From the NCBI GenBank assembly GCA_022564995.1, contig JADFKK010000005.1:1352-65351 (forward strand): a DNA stretch of 64,000 nt. The letters run 5' to 3'. The notes beneath the pieces are model-generated. The model did not search any database, was not told the origin of the DNA, and saw only the letters and a program-made list of their open reading frames with translations. The DNA is from Planctomycetota bacterium (GTDB taxonomy: Bacteria; Planctomycetota; Planctomycetia; Pirellulales; JADFKK01). Of this stretch, positions 45,501 to 54,344 are shown piece by piece (position 1 is the stretch's first letter; each line of letters begins with the position of its first letter). The translations under genes were made by a program, and so were the position numbers.

Positions 45501-48500
45501 CAGTGCGAAGATCGCACGCGCTCCGGAATCGGCAGGATTTCCGAAGTGCATTTCTTCCGTAAACGCGACGAAACCGTTTGCAGGGATTTGCGTTCCGGCG
45601 GGAAGTTTGTACTTCGTGAGATCCGCCGCGTCGTCGCTGAGAAACCATCCGCCAACGTCGATTGGCTCCGAAGTCGTGTTGAACAATTCGATCCAGTCGC
45701 CCGTAGGCGCTTCGGAGTGGGCCAGAATCTCGTTGATCACGATGGCGCCAGCCGGTGGTCCGTTATCCGCGGCGCCCGGCGTGCCGCCAAACGTCGCTCC
45801 CGGCCGCCAACCTTCGGCAATACTCCAGGCGTCGAGGTCGGCCTGCTCATCGACGATCACCAGCGAGAATCCCCGTCCGTCCGTTACGCGATACCAATCG
45901 TCGTCGTAGGTGAATTGCTGGATCAACTGCCCCAGGCGAGTATCGAGGCGGATCAGCTCGCCGCCATTGTCCAGCCGCGTATCGCCAGAGAATTCGCCCG
46001 CCACCGACAGGTCATCGCCATATCGCGAAACGAACGCCGCGGTGTTTCGCACAATGACAACTCGCTCGGCAGGAGCCAGACTCGCGATATTCCCCATGGC
46101 GAAGTTGAATTCGACACCGGCGCTAAACCGCACTTCTTCAAGAAGAATCGTCTGCTCACCGGTATTCATCAGTTCGATGAACTCAAACTGATCGTTCCCA
46201 ACATCCGATTCACCGCCTGCGACGTCGGCGCGCGGCGGATTGTACATGATCTCCGTGATTCGCAGCGACGCAGGCTCCCCGACGATGAAAGTTACTTCGA
46301 TCAACGGACTCCACTGTCCGTCAAGCAGCACGCGAGCTTTGATGGTGGTGCTGGCGTTGAGCGCGATTGGTTCACCGTCGAATAGCTGGGCACTGTCCGC
46401 GTTGAGGGCGCCTCCAACCAATCGCGGATCGGAATCGTCCGTTGTGTAGTAAACCGTTCCCGCTGCGTTTTGGTTGTCAAAGTCAAGAAGAAACCCGACG
46501 CTGACTTGGCCGCCATGCTGATTTAATTCGGGCGCCTGAATCGAAGGAAAAAAACCGGTACGCTTGAGCTGGCCTAATACTTCGTTCGTGCGACGGGGGA
46601 AATAGTTGGCAAACAATTCGCTTTGCACTGCCAGCCAGTCGGTTCGCGTATAGGGCTGGCTCCGCCCGTTGTCTCCCCAACGGGCAGACTCGGCGGTGAT
46701 GGCGCGATCGATCTCGTCAACGAGCTTGCGGTAAACGGCGCTGGCGCCCTCGGGAGACATCACTCCGGCGTTGAAAAAATGTTGTTGAACGCGGTCGGCG
46801 AAGAGGAGTCGATATTCGACGTTTGAACTTAGTGCCCGATGAATGTTCGAGGGCGCACCGGGGCGAAAAACACCTGTCACGTCGATCCCCACATCCGTCA
46901 GCACGCCTTCGGCGTCCCAGCTATGAAAGCGCCATCGACCGTCGAGGGCCTCGCGGTTGAACGTGGCATACCAATTGTGTCGATCCCAATCGAAGTTACC
47001 GGCATAGAAATTGGCGACCATGTAGTCAGCCAAGCTCACCAAATCGACGACGCCGGCGACCGCTTGGTAGTTTTCGTCGATCGACAAGTCTCGGCCTACC
47101 AGATCGAGCATCGCGGCGTAATTGTCCCCAGAGCCGCTGACCAACGTGAATTGGCTGTGTTTCAGTACATCGTAGTCTTCCTTTTTCCCTCCGAAATAGC
47201 TTGATGCGAATGATTCGTCCGGCCGCTCGTGAACATTATACAAACCCCAATACAATCCATTAATGTAGACGTGATGAAACCGTCCGTGAGGGCCGACACC
47301 ACTCATGAGATTCTGCAGATTCGCGACGAATTGGTCTTGGATATATTTGGAGTTGTCTGCCCAAGTTGGTCTTTTCCATTCGACGAACGTATAGTTATAG
47401 AGTGCGTCGAGAATCAGCGTGTCGAAGCGGTCCGTCGCCTCGTCACCAAAAATCGGATAGTCGAGCTTGGTTCGACCGGGACGTTTGAATTTCAGCCGCA
47501 TCGAAAGCTTGTCGACTTCCCAGCGATTGGTGCTGGAACCTCCTTGAATCTCCACGGTCCCATCAATCTGAAACGCGGAACTGCCGTCGGTGTTGATTCG
47601 TTCAACCGACACGGCCCGCTCGATCCCCGAGCCCTGAATGTAAATCCCCTGGCCGCCTGCGCCGAACATGTCCTCCCATGGCAGCACCAGCGAGAGCGTC
47701 GGAATACTTTGCAGATCGTCGGTCGTCAGGCGGTTGTCCAGGTTGCCACTCTCGACGATTTCTGGGTCGATTTCCCAATCGGGACCCGCGTGGCCCCAGT
47801 CGGCAAAACTCGGCAGACCAGCGGCGTCCTGCCGCAACACGTCGCTTAAGAAGAGATAGGTTTGCGTGTCGACGTTAGTAGGAAGAAAGCCGGGCCTAAA
47901 CGCCGCGGCCCGCAGCGTGGTCGTCGTGGTGATGTCGATGGGGACACTGAAAACCGCGCCGCGCGTGGCGGTCGGTCGGCTGCCGTCGAGCGTGTATCGA
48001 ATCTCTGCGCCGGCGGTTTCCGTCGCGATCTCGACTTGAAACGCTTCGGAAAAAAAACCGCGATCGACACTGAATTTGGTGTCCTGCACAACGCCCAACG
48101 CGCCCTCGACATTGGCTTCACCCGGCGTCGGCGCCAGGAAATACTGGCGAGGTCCGACCGTGGTGACTTCCGCCACCAGTTCGGGCACGACAAGAAACTC
48201 ACCGCTCGACGGTGTATCGTTCAGCGCATGAATCGCCAGAACATTGCTGCCGGCGCGCAGCGCGCCGACGTAAGGGGTAACATCGATCGTCTCGATAACC
48301 AACGCTTCGCTCGTCGGCCGGTCCGCTGTCGAAGTCGAGTCAAAATCGAGCTCGGCCGGCACGTTGCGCTCGGCGATCTGTCGTCCGTTCAGATAGGCGA
48401 CGAATCCGTCGTCAAACTTCATCCGCAACGTCAAGGTGTTGACGACTCCAGGTTGATCTAGATCGAACGGCAGGCGTACATACGCGGTGCCGTTTTGACC

Positions 48501-49283
48501 CAGCATAATGTCCTCGACGTCGGTCTCGATCAGCGAGGCAAGGGGGCTGTTGGGATCGAGCGCGTAGCCAATCCCTGTGATCCCGGAGGTCCAAGACGAA
48601 TCGTCAAACGGCTCGTCGGTCGCGGCGCCGGTCCAGGTGTCGCCGAGTCCATCATCGACGGGCACAAAGACACGAGCCGCAGCAGCCTCGCCCACAAATA
48701 TCTGGCTTGTAACCGTAGCCTCGCGAATTCCGTACGAGACGTCAGCAAGCTGTTGGGGAAACCCGCCGACATACTCATGGGCCACCGTAACTCCATCCGG
48801 CATCACGAGCGCCAAGTATTCACCATCTCCGTCAAGTTTGAAATTCACATGCAGCTCGGTGCCGGCCACCGCCCGATCTTTCTGGGAGGCGAACAAGAGA
48901 AGATATTCGCCAGGCCCGATGGTCGCGTTCGGGAAGGTCCACTTTCCGAAATCCTGGTCATCGTCGGTAAGATGCCATCCGCCCAGTTGGACTTGCGAAT
49001 CGGTCGGGTTGTAGATTTCGATCCAGTCCGAAGCGTCGCCATCTTCATCCAGCGGCACCGAGTTATTGATGGCCATTAACTCGCTGATGACCAGCCCCGT
49101 CAGGAGCGTCCGGCATTCCAATCGCTCGAATTGCCGGCCGCGAAGCCGTCGCTTTCGCGCGACATGCCAGTGTCCTGTCGTCAAGAGGCTGCCCATTTTC
49201 GTGGTCGGGCTGGTGACGCGCCGAATCGTGGAGTAGCCGACGCGAAGGCAGCGACCTACCCGGTTTCGAACGGATCGCAACAT
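42519..49283 (-). CDS. giant secreted CotH-domain / lamin-tail-domain (LTD) protein with FN3, LamG-like, Ig-like and dockerin-like modules
   Basis: Start at ATG 49283, 8 nt after AGGAGG (the track ORF starts at GTG 49292). FERLECRTLLTG motif. LTD signatures ISELMA..., ITEIMYNPP, VINEILAHS, IINEIMYNPP. CotH blocks (HHVYINGLYWGLYNVHERPDESF; DWDRHNWY...FHSWDAEG, about 46880-47530). LamG-like (WTGEMHLVAIYSRALS). C-terminal DLTCNGFVDFEDLTVLLASW...VNFEDLTVLLANW (42780-42938). Confidence 0.9.
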   Translation of the reverse strand: MLRSVRNRVGRCLRVGYSTIRRVTSPTTKMGSLLTTGHWHVARKRRLRGRQFERLECRTLLTGLVISELMAINNSVPLDEDGDASDWIEIYNPTDSQVQLGGWHLTDDDQDFGKWTFPNATIGPGEYLLLFASQKDRAVAGTELHVNFKLDGDGEYLALVMPDGVTVAHEYVGGFPQQLADVSYGIREATVTSQIFVGEAAAARVFVPVDDGLGDTWTGAATDEPFDDSSWTSGITGIGYALDPNSPLASLIETDVEDIMLGQNGTAYVRLPFDLDQPGVVNTLTLRMKFDDGFVAYLNGRQIAERNVPAELDFDSTSTADRPTSEALVIETIDVTPYVGALRAGSNVLAIHALNDTPSSGEFLVVPELVAEVTTVGPRQYFLAPTPGEANVEGALGVVQDTKFSVDRGFFSEAFQVEIATETAGAEIRYTLDGSRPTATRGAVFSVPIDITTTTTLRAAAFRPGFLPTNVDTQTYLFLSDVLRQDAAGLPSFADWGHAGPDWEIDPEIVESGNLDNRLTTDDLQSIPTLSLVLPWEDMFGAGGQGIYIQGSGIERAVSVERINTDGSSAFQIDGTVEIQGGSSTNRWEVDKLSMRLKFKRPGRTKLDYPIFGDEATDRFDTLILDALYNYTFVEWKRPTWADNSKYIQDQFVANLQNLMSGVGPHGRFHHVYINGLYWGLYNVHERPDESFASSYFGGKKEDYDVLKHSQFTLVSGSGDNYAAMLDLVGRDLSIDENYQAVAGVVDLVSLADYMVANFYAGNFDWDRHNWYATFNREALDGRWRFHSWDAEGVLTDVGIDVTGVFRPGAPSNIHRALSSNVEYRLLFADRVQQHFFNAGVMSPEGASAVYRKLVDEIDRAITAESARWGDNGRSQPYTRTDWLAVQSELFANYFPRRTNEVLGQLKRTGFFPSIQAPELNQHGGQVSVGFLLDFDNQNAAGTVYYTTDDSDPRLVGGALNADSAQLFDGEPIALNASTTIKARVLLDGQWSPLIEVTFIVGEPASLRITEIMYNPPRADVAGGESDVGNDQFEFIELMNTGEQTILLEEVRFSAGVEFNFAMGNIASLAPAERVVIVRNTAAFVSRYGDDLSVAGEFSGDTRLDNGGELIRLDTRLGQLIQQFTYDDDWYRVTDGRGFSLVIVDEQADLDAWSIAEGWRPGATFGGTPGAADNGPPAGAIVINEILAHSEAPTGDWIELFNTTSEPIDVGGWFLSDDAADLTKYKLPAGTQIPANGFVAFTEEMHFGNPADSGARAIFALNEQGGTVRLTSVDPNTGQAGGYREGVSFDATELDATLGRHVNSFGDVDFVATDSPTLGAANAPPRIPDVIINEIMYNPPDGGAEFIELFNRSDSPVALFDPDHPANTWRFGNGVRFGFPTGITLDAGEYLLVVGIDPAEFRLAHDVPQSVVILGPYVGQLDNSGETVAIYMPAPPAADMTVPQILVERVKYNDRAPWSDQADGVGSSLSRLAPVAFVNDASHWGPGTTGGTPGAANIVLDVTPPDAPANLRGIVVSEARIDLAWDAASDPETGIKRYRIYRNGVELGSSATTAFADLTVEPATSYTYQVSAENVDGAEGNRSDSFSVAILTIDAVRAENENSVRVVFSEPLDHQAAEKLENYETSGFSILGAVVADDEMTVILSTSNLTDGQAYGLLVTGLMGTGGGRLPQDGVQVNFTRRARVGDGLVVLYELEENSGDVVHDTSGFGTPFDLSISNIAAVTWIDGGLTVDTSTIISSIVPATKIYNAITASNAITIEAWIRPASLDLSGPARIVSFSKDKSEQNFMFGQQTDTYVNRLRTTTTNAGGQPALVTPGLVQTAQLAHVVYTRDADGNARTYVDGVMVASSLVGGDTSSWNPNFRFALANEITANRPWTGEMHLVAIYSRALSLDETRQNFFAGANSITPPPVPLIVGIDQDTAVADGITGDNTLVFFGTAEAGSNVTLRELSLGTVGTAAASATGDWSIDATGTVLPDGSYVFSATAENAFGIFSAVSAELIVEIDTVAPVAPVVVSIDADDGASDSDAVTSDATLVFSGTAEPDSTVTLSEPELGMLGVATTNEAGEWIVDATSTILADGTYSFSAIARDVAGNESGAATAFVVEVVARHCVVADLTCNGFVDFEDLTVLLASWNQDVAATQGNLVDAANTPVNFEDLTVLLANWTGPAPAGSPHQEATAARSSISDEDRIRAKTEVFHRIGKTDAMYHESRRSDSGGAARRELPGPTDSTLGRFQAVAVDQDSTASMRLNVF

Positions 49284-49800
49284 GGATGCCACCTCCTGAT
49301 GCGAACCGATGGTTCACGCTTTTCGTCCCGTCGCCAATGCTAATCCTGGAACACCGCCGCGTCTCGCGAAGCGTGAGATGTTCGATAGCACCTGCGGCAT
49401 CTGATACTGTAAACGCCGCCAAGAGGCGGCGCGAAATCTTTCTGCGCGAGTCGGCCAATGGCCTGATTGTACGCTCGCAATTCAGATGAGTCACGGAAAT
49501 GGGGCCATATTTGTGGAAAATGCGCTGAAAACTGGCCTATAACGCCCGAAAAAATGCAGATCGCCAGCCCAGCGGCCGGCTGGCCTCTCGGAGAGGCACT
49601 ACTGACCGAGATGCGTGGCCAATTGCGAAAAATTCGCGATTAGCACAGAAACATATGCATTTTTGTTGCAATCGCTGGAAAACTTGTCATACTCAGAACG
49701 AGTCTTGTCGGGAAAGGATTTTTGTGTTTTCCCGGAATTGATAACAACAGGCATCGAGGCTATGCAAGTTGGCCTCGTCAACGTGGAGAGGAGTAAGCTC

Positions 49801-50499
49801 ATGAGCGGAACAACAAACCGTGCGATGCTGGCAACCGCGATCGTGGTGTTTCTCACGGTTTCCAACGGTAGCGTTCGCGCCGACATTTCCATATCTAGTC
49901 CCGCGGATTTCTCTTCCAGCGCGATCGACCTCGGTTTCGATAATCTGCCGATTGGCACGGAAGTGACCGATCACTTCCAGGCAAGGGGCGTGATCTTTGA
50001 AGCGATTGATGGTATTGGCGACCCACGTATTGTGATCAACAATGATGGCAACGGCGGTCAGGCCATTCACGGTGGCCAAGCCGACCTGACCATCTTCACC
50101 TCTGGCAATCGAAACGACGACGCTCATCTGCTCATCAAGTTTGTCGATCCCAGCACCGGGCAGCCGAGCGGCACTTCGGCAGCCGGTCTGACGTTTGTCG
50201 ACATCGCGACTCCGATCGGCAAGGCATTCTTTTTCGATACCCAGGGCGAGTTGATACGCGAGTTCGTCCATGTCGCGCCGGGGCGAGCGTTTTGGGGCAT
50301 CGAAGTTGAACCGGGTGAGAACCGCATCGGGTCTATCTTGGTGGAGAGTCTCATTACCCCGACCCTCACCGAATCTTATTCCATCGATCAACTCATCTTC
50401 GAGCCGATTCCGGAACCCAGCGCGCTAATCCTTGCCGCGATTGGCCTGATCGCTCTTGGATGCTCCCGCTTGGGTCGTTGGCGTCGGGCCACTGCTTGA
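49801..50499 (+). CDS. PEP-CTERM sorting-domain protein
   Basis: 232 aa from ATG 49801 after GGAGAGGA. Signal peptide. C-terminal FEPIPEPSALILAAIGLIALGCSRLGRWRR, i.e. PEP motif, TM segment and basic tail. Confidence 0.8.
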   Translation: MSGTTNRAMLATAIVVFLTVSNGSVRADISISSPADFSSSAIDLGFDNLPIGTEVTDHFQARGVIFEAIDGIGDPRIVINNDGNGGQAIHGGQADLTIFTSGNRNDDAHLLIKFVDPSTGQPSGTSAAGLTFVDIATPIGKAFFFDTQGELIREFVHVAPGRAFWGIEVEPGENRIGSILVESLITPTLTESYSIDQLIFEPIPEPSALILAAIGLIALGCSRLGRWRRATA

Positions 50500-50511
50500 A
50501 CGAGTTGGGCC

Positions 50512-51903
50512 ATGCTAAGATTCATGCCGCTGGGGATACTACTATTCGGCATCGGTCCGCCACATGCGGTCGCCGCTCGCCCGCAGGCTCCTTACAAGGC
50601 AAGCGGGGTCATCCGTGACGTCTCGTTCGACTTTTCGACTTTGCGACGCTTGGCACCGGGCAGCGATAATTGGCCGATCACCTGGGCGGATGACGACCAT
50701 CAATACACGTCGTGGGGCGACGGAGGCGGTTTTGGTGGAACCAACGAACGCGGGCGCGCCAGTCTCGGTTTCGCCCGCGTCGAAGGTTCCAGCAAGAACC
50801 ATCGCGGCATCAATATTTGGGGAGGCCATCGGCCCGCCGTGCCGGCCCGTTTTGGAGGGAAAAGCTACGGTATTCTGTCGGTCGATGGTGTGCTGTACGC
50901 TTGGTGGGGGCGCGGATCGGGCGCCGAGTTCGTAGCGGAAACGCGCGTTCTGCGGTCGACCGACCGCGGTAAGACTTGGACGCCCAGCAGATGGCGATTC
51001 ACGAAAGACGATTCGCTCTATGCCGGCACGTTCTGCAACTTTGGCAAAGACTACGCCGGCGCGCGAGATTCATACGTCTATTGCTATTTTCCGCGCGGAA
51101 CGAAATGGGCCATCAACAAGCCGGGACGCGTCGATCTGGCACGCGTTCCAAAGTCGCGGATCATGAATCGCGAAGCGTACGAGTTTTTCGCCGGCGCAAC
51201 CGCCCAGGGCAAGCCCACGTGGAGCCGCGACATCGCCGCGCGAAGACCGGTTTTTGAAGATCCCAACGGACTACGCACGGCGAGCGTCAGCTACAACGCC
51301 GGATTGAAGCGGTACTTGCTTACAAGCGAGCACACGGAAGCCGCTCGCGGCAATCTGGCTATCTTTGATGCGCCCGAGCCGTGGGGCCCCTGGACAACCA
51401 TCGCTTACGAGAAAAACTGGGGGAAAACCCAAGGGACCATCTCATTTTACTTTTCCAACAAATGGACCAACAAGAACGGCAGAGACTTTACCATGGTATT
51501 CACCGACCGTGACCACTGGGCGACGGTGCGAGGGCGGTTTCATGTTCGCGCAGAGAGGCGCAATGCGGGTCAACCAGCTAGGGCAGGCAAGCTGCCCAAT
51601 GGCCCCCGTGAACAAACCGGGTTAGAGACGGCGGCCCGCCCACGCTCCCACGATTGCGCCCAGAACATTCGCAATCCAATCCCCGGTCGAGGGTACGTGA
51701 AACGGAGCGAAGAGTTGCGCCGTTTCCACCAGCAAACTGACGAGCGCACAAAAGAGAACGGCGCCGCAGGGCCGCTGTGGAGTGGTCGATGCGGCCAAGA
51801 CCATGCCCAGCGGAATGAAAGCAAGAAGATTCAGCAGCGCGTCGATCTGCCCTTCGCGATTCCGCAAGAGGTAAGGCAGGTGAACCAGCGAGTGATAATA
51901 TAG
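50512..51903 (+). CDS. secreted BNR/Asp-box (sialidase-like beta-propeller) protein; 3' end uncertain
   Basis: Signal peptide MLRFMPLGILLFGIGPPHAVAA. Canonical Asp-box STDRGKTW. Conserved-looking sequence ends near WATVRGRFHV (about 51540). The remaining Arg-rich tail overlaps the convergent gene by 282 nt. Confidence 0.6.
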   Translation: MLRFMPLGILLFGIGPPHAVAARPQAPYKASGVIRDVSFDFSTLRRLAPGSDNWPITWADDDHQYTSWGDGGGFGGTNERGRASLGFARVEGSSKNHRGINIWGGHRPAVPARFGGKSYGILSVDGVLYAWWGRGSGAEFVAETRVLRSTDRGKTWTPSRWRFTKDDSLYAGTFCNFGKDYAGARDSYVYCYFPRGTKWAINKPGRVDLARVPKSRIMNREAYEFFAGATAQGKPTWSRDIAARRPVFEDPNGLRTASVSYNAGLKRYLLTSEHTEAARGNLAIFDAPEPWGPWTTIAYEKNWGKTQGTISFYFSNKWTNKNGRDFTMVFTDRDHWATVRGRFHVRAERRNAGQPARAGKLPNGPREQTGLETAARPRSHDCAQNIRNPIPGRGYVKRSEELRRFHQQTDERTKENGAAGPLWSGRCGQDHAQRNESKKIQQRVDLPFAIPQEVRQVNQRVII

Positions 51904-52623
51904 ACCGCGCCAGAATTCCTCGGGAACATCACACACGTCGGAAGCTAGCAGATCGAATTCCACTTCTTCAATAATGACTGTGGCCGAGGCGATCTGGCCA
52001 ACCCAAGGACGTCCGCCGGTCGTTTCATTTCCCAGCACCGTGTCCATGTATGGATTCCAATTGGCCAGCGGGTGATCCGGAAGACGATCCGTCAACACAA
52101 CTTGATCGTTTTGCGTTACTGTGAGGCGCCCCGGCTCAATCGAGATGGTGAATTCTTGCCAGCCGACCTTGTCGAACGCTCCGGCCACAGTATAAGCAGG
52201 CGTTCCGTTGGCTGAGGTTTCCGGAGTTCGCAGGCGGAGTACCAGATCGGACCCCTCTTGGACGACGGTCAAGTTGCGCAAATAACGCCCGTTGGAAATC
52301 GAAAAGATGCGAGCCGGCCCGTGTTGGTGGGAACCGAGAGAGTCGACGCGGAGACGGAGTTGCAGCGATTGACTCTCGATGGCACGGTCGAGAAACAAAG
52401 AACGAGGACGGACCCACGCCAATCCGGGCCCTTCGAAAAGAAGCGTGCCCTCGCCAGTCATGACGGCCTCGTTCCGCACCCGCTCAGGAAGCGCCCACCC
52501 GAACGGCCATAACGCGACGCTCACGTAGATGATTAGCCCCGCCACAGCCAATACGCGCGCGCGCTTTACCGTCAACCAGTCTCGCAGCATTTTCCTCGTC
52601 GAACCAGATCGTCTCAGCGGCAT
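51622..52623 (-). CDS. LamG-like (concanavalin A-like) plus VanZ-like membrane protein
   Basis: 333 aa from ATG 52623, 8 nt after the upstream stop. One TM, then a LamG-like block (RIFSISNGRYLRNLTVVQEGSDLVLRLR...PWVGQIASATV). VanZ-like C-terminus (LLNLLAFIPLG...ETAQLF...STGDWIANVLGAIVG). Confidence 0.7.
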   Translation of the reverse strand: MPLRRSGSTRKMLRDWLTVKRARVLAVAGLIIYVSVALWPFGWALPERVRNEAVMTGEGTLLFEGPGLAWVRPRSLFLDRAIESQSLQLRLRVDSLGSHQHGPARIFSISNGRYLRNLTVVQEGSDLVLRLRTPETSANGTPAYTVAGAFDKVGWQEFTISIEPGRLTVTQNDQVVLTDRLPDHPLANWNPYMDTVLGNETTGGRPWVGQIASATVIIEEVEFDLLASDVCDVPEEFWRGLYYHSLVHLPYLLRNREGQIDALLNLLAFIPLGMVLAASTTPQRPCGAVLFCALVSLLVETAQLFAPFHVPSTGDWIANVLGAIVGAWAGRRL

Positions 52624-52631
52624 GGGGCACC

Positions 52632-54344
52632 CTAGATGATGGCTGCGCGGGAGGGGCGCAGGTTCGGTGAGGCACTTCGTCCGGTATAATACTCTTCCAT
52701 CTGGTCGCACTCGCGCTCGATGCGCGAGTCGTCCCAATCGAGTTCGGCGGCTATGAGACCGGCGCATTGCTTCAGCGTGTCTCGGCCAATCACCTCACCC
52801 GTCCCCAATTCCGTTCTCCGCAGAACGACGTCGGCGAGGGTTTGCGCCATCTCCTCTCGCACTGCATGAACCACTTCCGCCTGAATGACCTTGGTGTGGC
52901 CCAGCCGGTTGGCCCATTCGGGCTGTTCACTCAAATACGCAAGAACGTCGGTGTGGGAGGTTCCGTAGTTTTCCAGCAGCCGTTGCATGACGTCCGGCGA
53001 CAGCGCCTGCGGACACGCCTTAAGTGTGCGTTCTAGAAAATCTCCGAAGTGATCGATGTTTCCTCCGAACACGGGCGCATGCAACGTGGTGGACCGAGGA
53101 GGCCGGCGGCCCAGTTTGCGAAAAGTCATGTCGACGACCTTCTGTGCGGCACCGCGCGCCGTGGTAAAGCGCACTCCAACGAGGCTGATCAGTCCCTGCA
53201 GTCCCGACTCGACTTGATGATCGACAATCCGCGACCGCTTGCCGTAACTTAGATTCTCCGCTTGCGGCTTATTTTCGCCGAAAAGGACGAGGCCCGCGTT
53301 CCACATCGAGATGTCGTCTAGGCTAAGGTTGAGCCCTGAGTATGCGCCGTTGACCTCATCCAAATAGGACTGCAACTCCCGCTCGTTGACGGTGAACTTG
53401 TCGGGATCGCCCTCGTAGACGACGTGCCACACGCCGATCAACGTGTAATCGCGCCACGGCACGACGAACAGATGCCGGCGCGCCCTGCTCATCAGAGCGT
53501 CCGGGTCTTTGGTTTCGCCCAGCACCGCGACCGCTTTGTCGCCGATTAAGCGTCGCGGCACGATAAAGCAGGTGTCGCGAGAAAACGTCAGCGGCGGCTT
53601 GACCGGGGCATCGAGATACTTTGATAGAAGTCCTGGAGCCCACGCCCCCGCGGCATTGAGCACCACCTTGCCTCGCACGTCGAACGTACGCCCGCTCAAC
53701 GTGTCGCGCGCCCGCACGCCCACGATGCGGCGATCATTTTGCAGGAAGTCGACGGCTTCAACGTAGTTTGCCGCCACGGCTCCGCGCTCGACGGCGCCGC
53801 GGAGAAAGGACAGGACAAGCCGGGGTGGATTGTGAAACTGCGCGTCATAAAACAGAACGCCGCCCGTGAGCCGATCCTTCTCAAGGCCCGGAAACTCCGT
53901 CAAACACTCCTCGCGTGACAAGCCCCGAACCCACGGTATGCGCTGGGCGGGATCTCCGATCCCGCGATTTCGGTCGAGGGTGAGCAGATCGTAAAGCAGG
54001 CAGCCGGTTCTCAGAATCGCCTTGCCCTGCATGCCGTACCCGTACGTAGGGATAACGATCGGCAGCGGTTTGACCAGGTGGGGAGCGACGCGGAGCAGCG
54101 CGGTTCGCTCGCGGCTCGATTCGCGAATGCGTTTGACGTCGAGGTGTTGAATGTAACGAATTCCGCCATGCACGATCTTGAATGAGTTTGCCGACGTCGC
54201 ATGCGCAAAGTCACCGCGCTCGATCAAGGCGACCGATAGCCCTCGAAGCGTGGCATCCCAGGCAGCGCAGACGCCAAAGATTCCGCCGCCGACGACGACC
54301 AGATCGAATTGCTGGTTTTCTAATGCACCGAGGTCTCGTTTCAC
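52632..54344 (-). CDS. FAD-dependent glycerol-3-phosphate dehydrogenase/oxidase-like oxidoreductase
   Basis: Start assigned to GTG 54344, which overlaps the upstream stop as GTGA. FDLVVVGGGIFG dinucleotide fold. SANSFKIVHGGIRY. GlpD-like C-terminal region. Confidence 0.8.
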   Translation of the reverse strand: MKRDLGALENQQFDLVVVGGGIFGVCAAWDATLRGLSVALIERGDFAHATSANSFKIVHGGIRYIQHLDVKRIRESSRERTALLRVAPHLVKPLPIVIPTYGYGMQGKAILRTGCLLYDLLTLDRNRGIGDPAQRIPWVRGLSREECLTEFPGLEKDRLTGGVLFYDAQFHNPPRLVLSFLRGAVERGAVAANYVEAVDFLQNDRRIVGVRARDTLSGRTFDVRGKVVLNAAGAWAPGLLSKYLDAPVKPPLTFSRDTCFIVPRRLIGDKAVAVLGETKDPDALMSRARRHLFVVPWRDYTLIGVWHVVYEGDPDKFTVNERELQSYLDEVNGAYSGLNLSLDDISMWNAGLVLFGENKPQAENLSYGKRSRIVDHQVESGLQGLISLVGVRFTTARGAAQKVVDMTFRKLGRRPPRSTTLHAPVFGGNIDHFGDFLERTLKACPQALSPDVMQRLLENYGTSHTDVLAYLSEQPEWANRLGHTKVIQAEVVHAVREEMAQTLADVVLRRTELGTGEVIGRDTLKQCAGLIAAELDWDDSRIERECDQMEEYYTGRSASPNLRPSRAAII

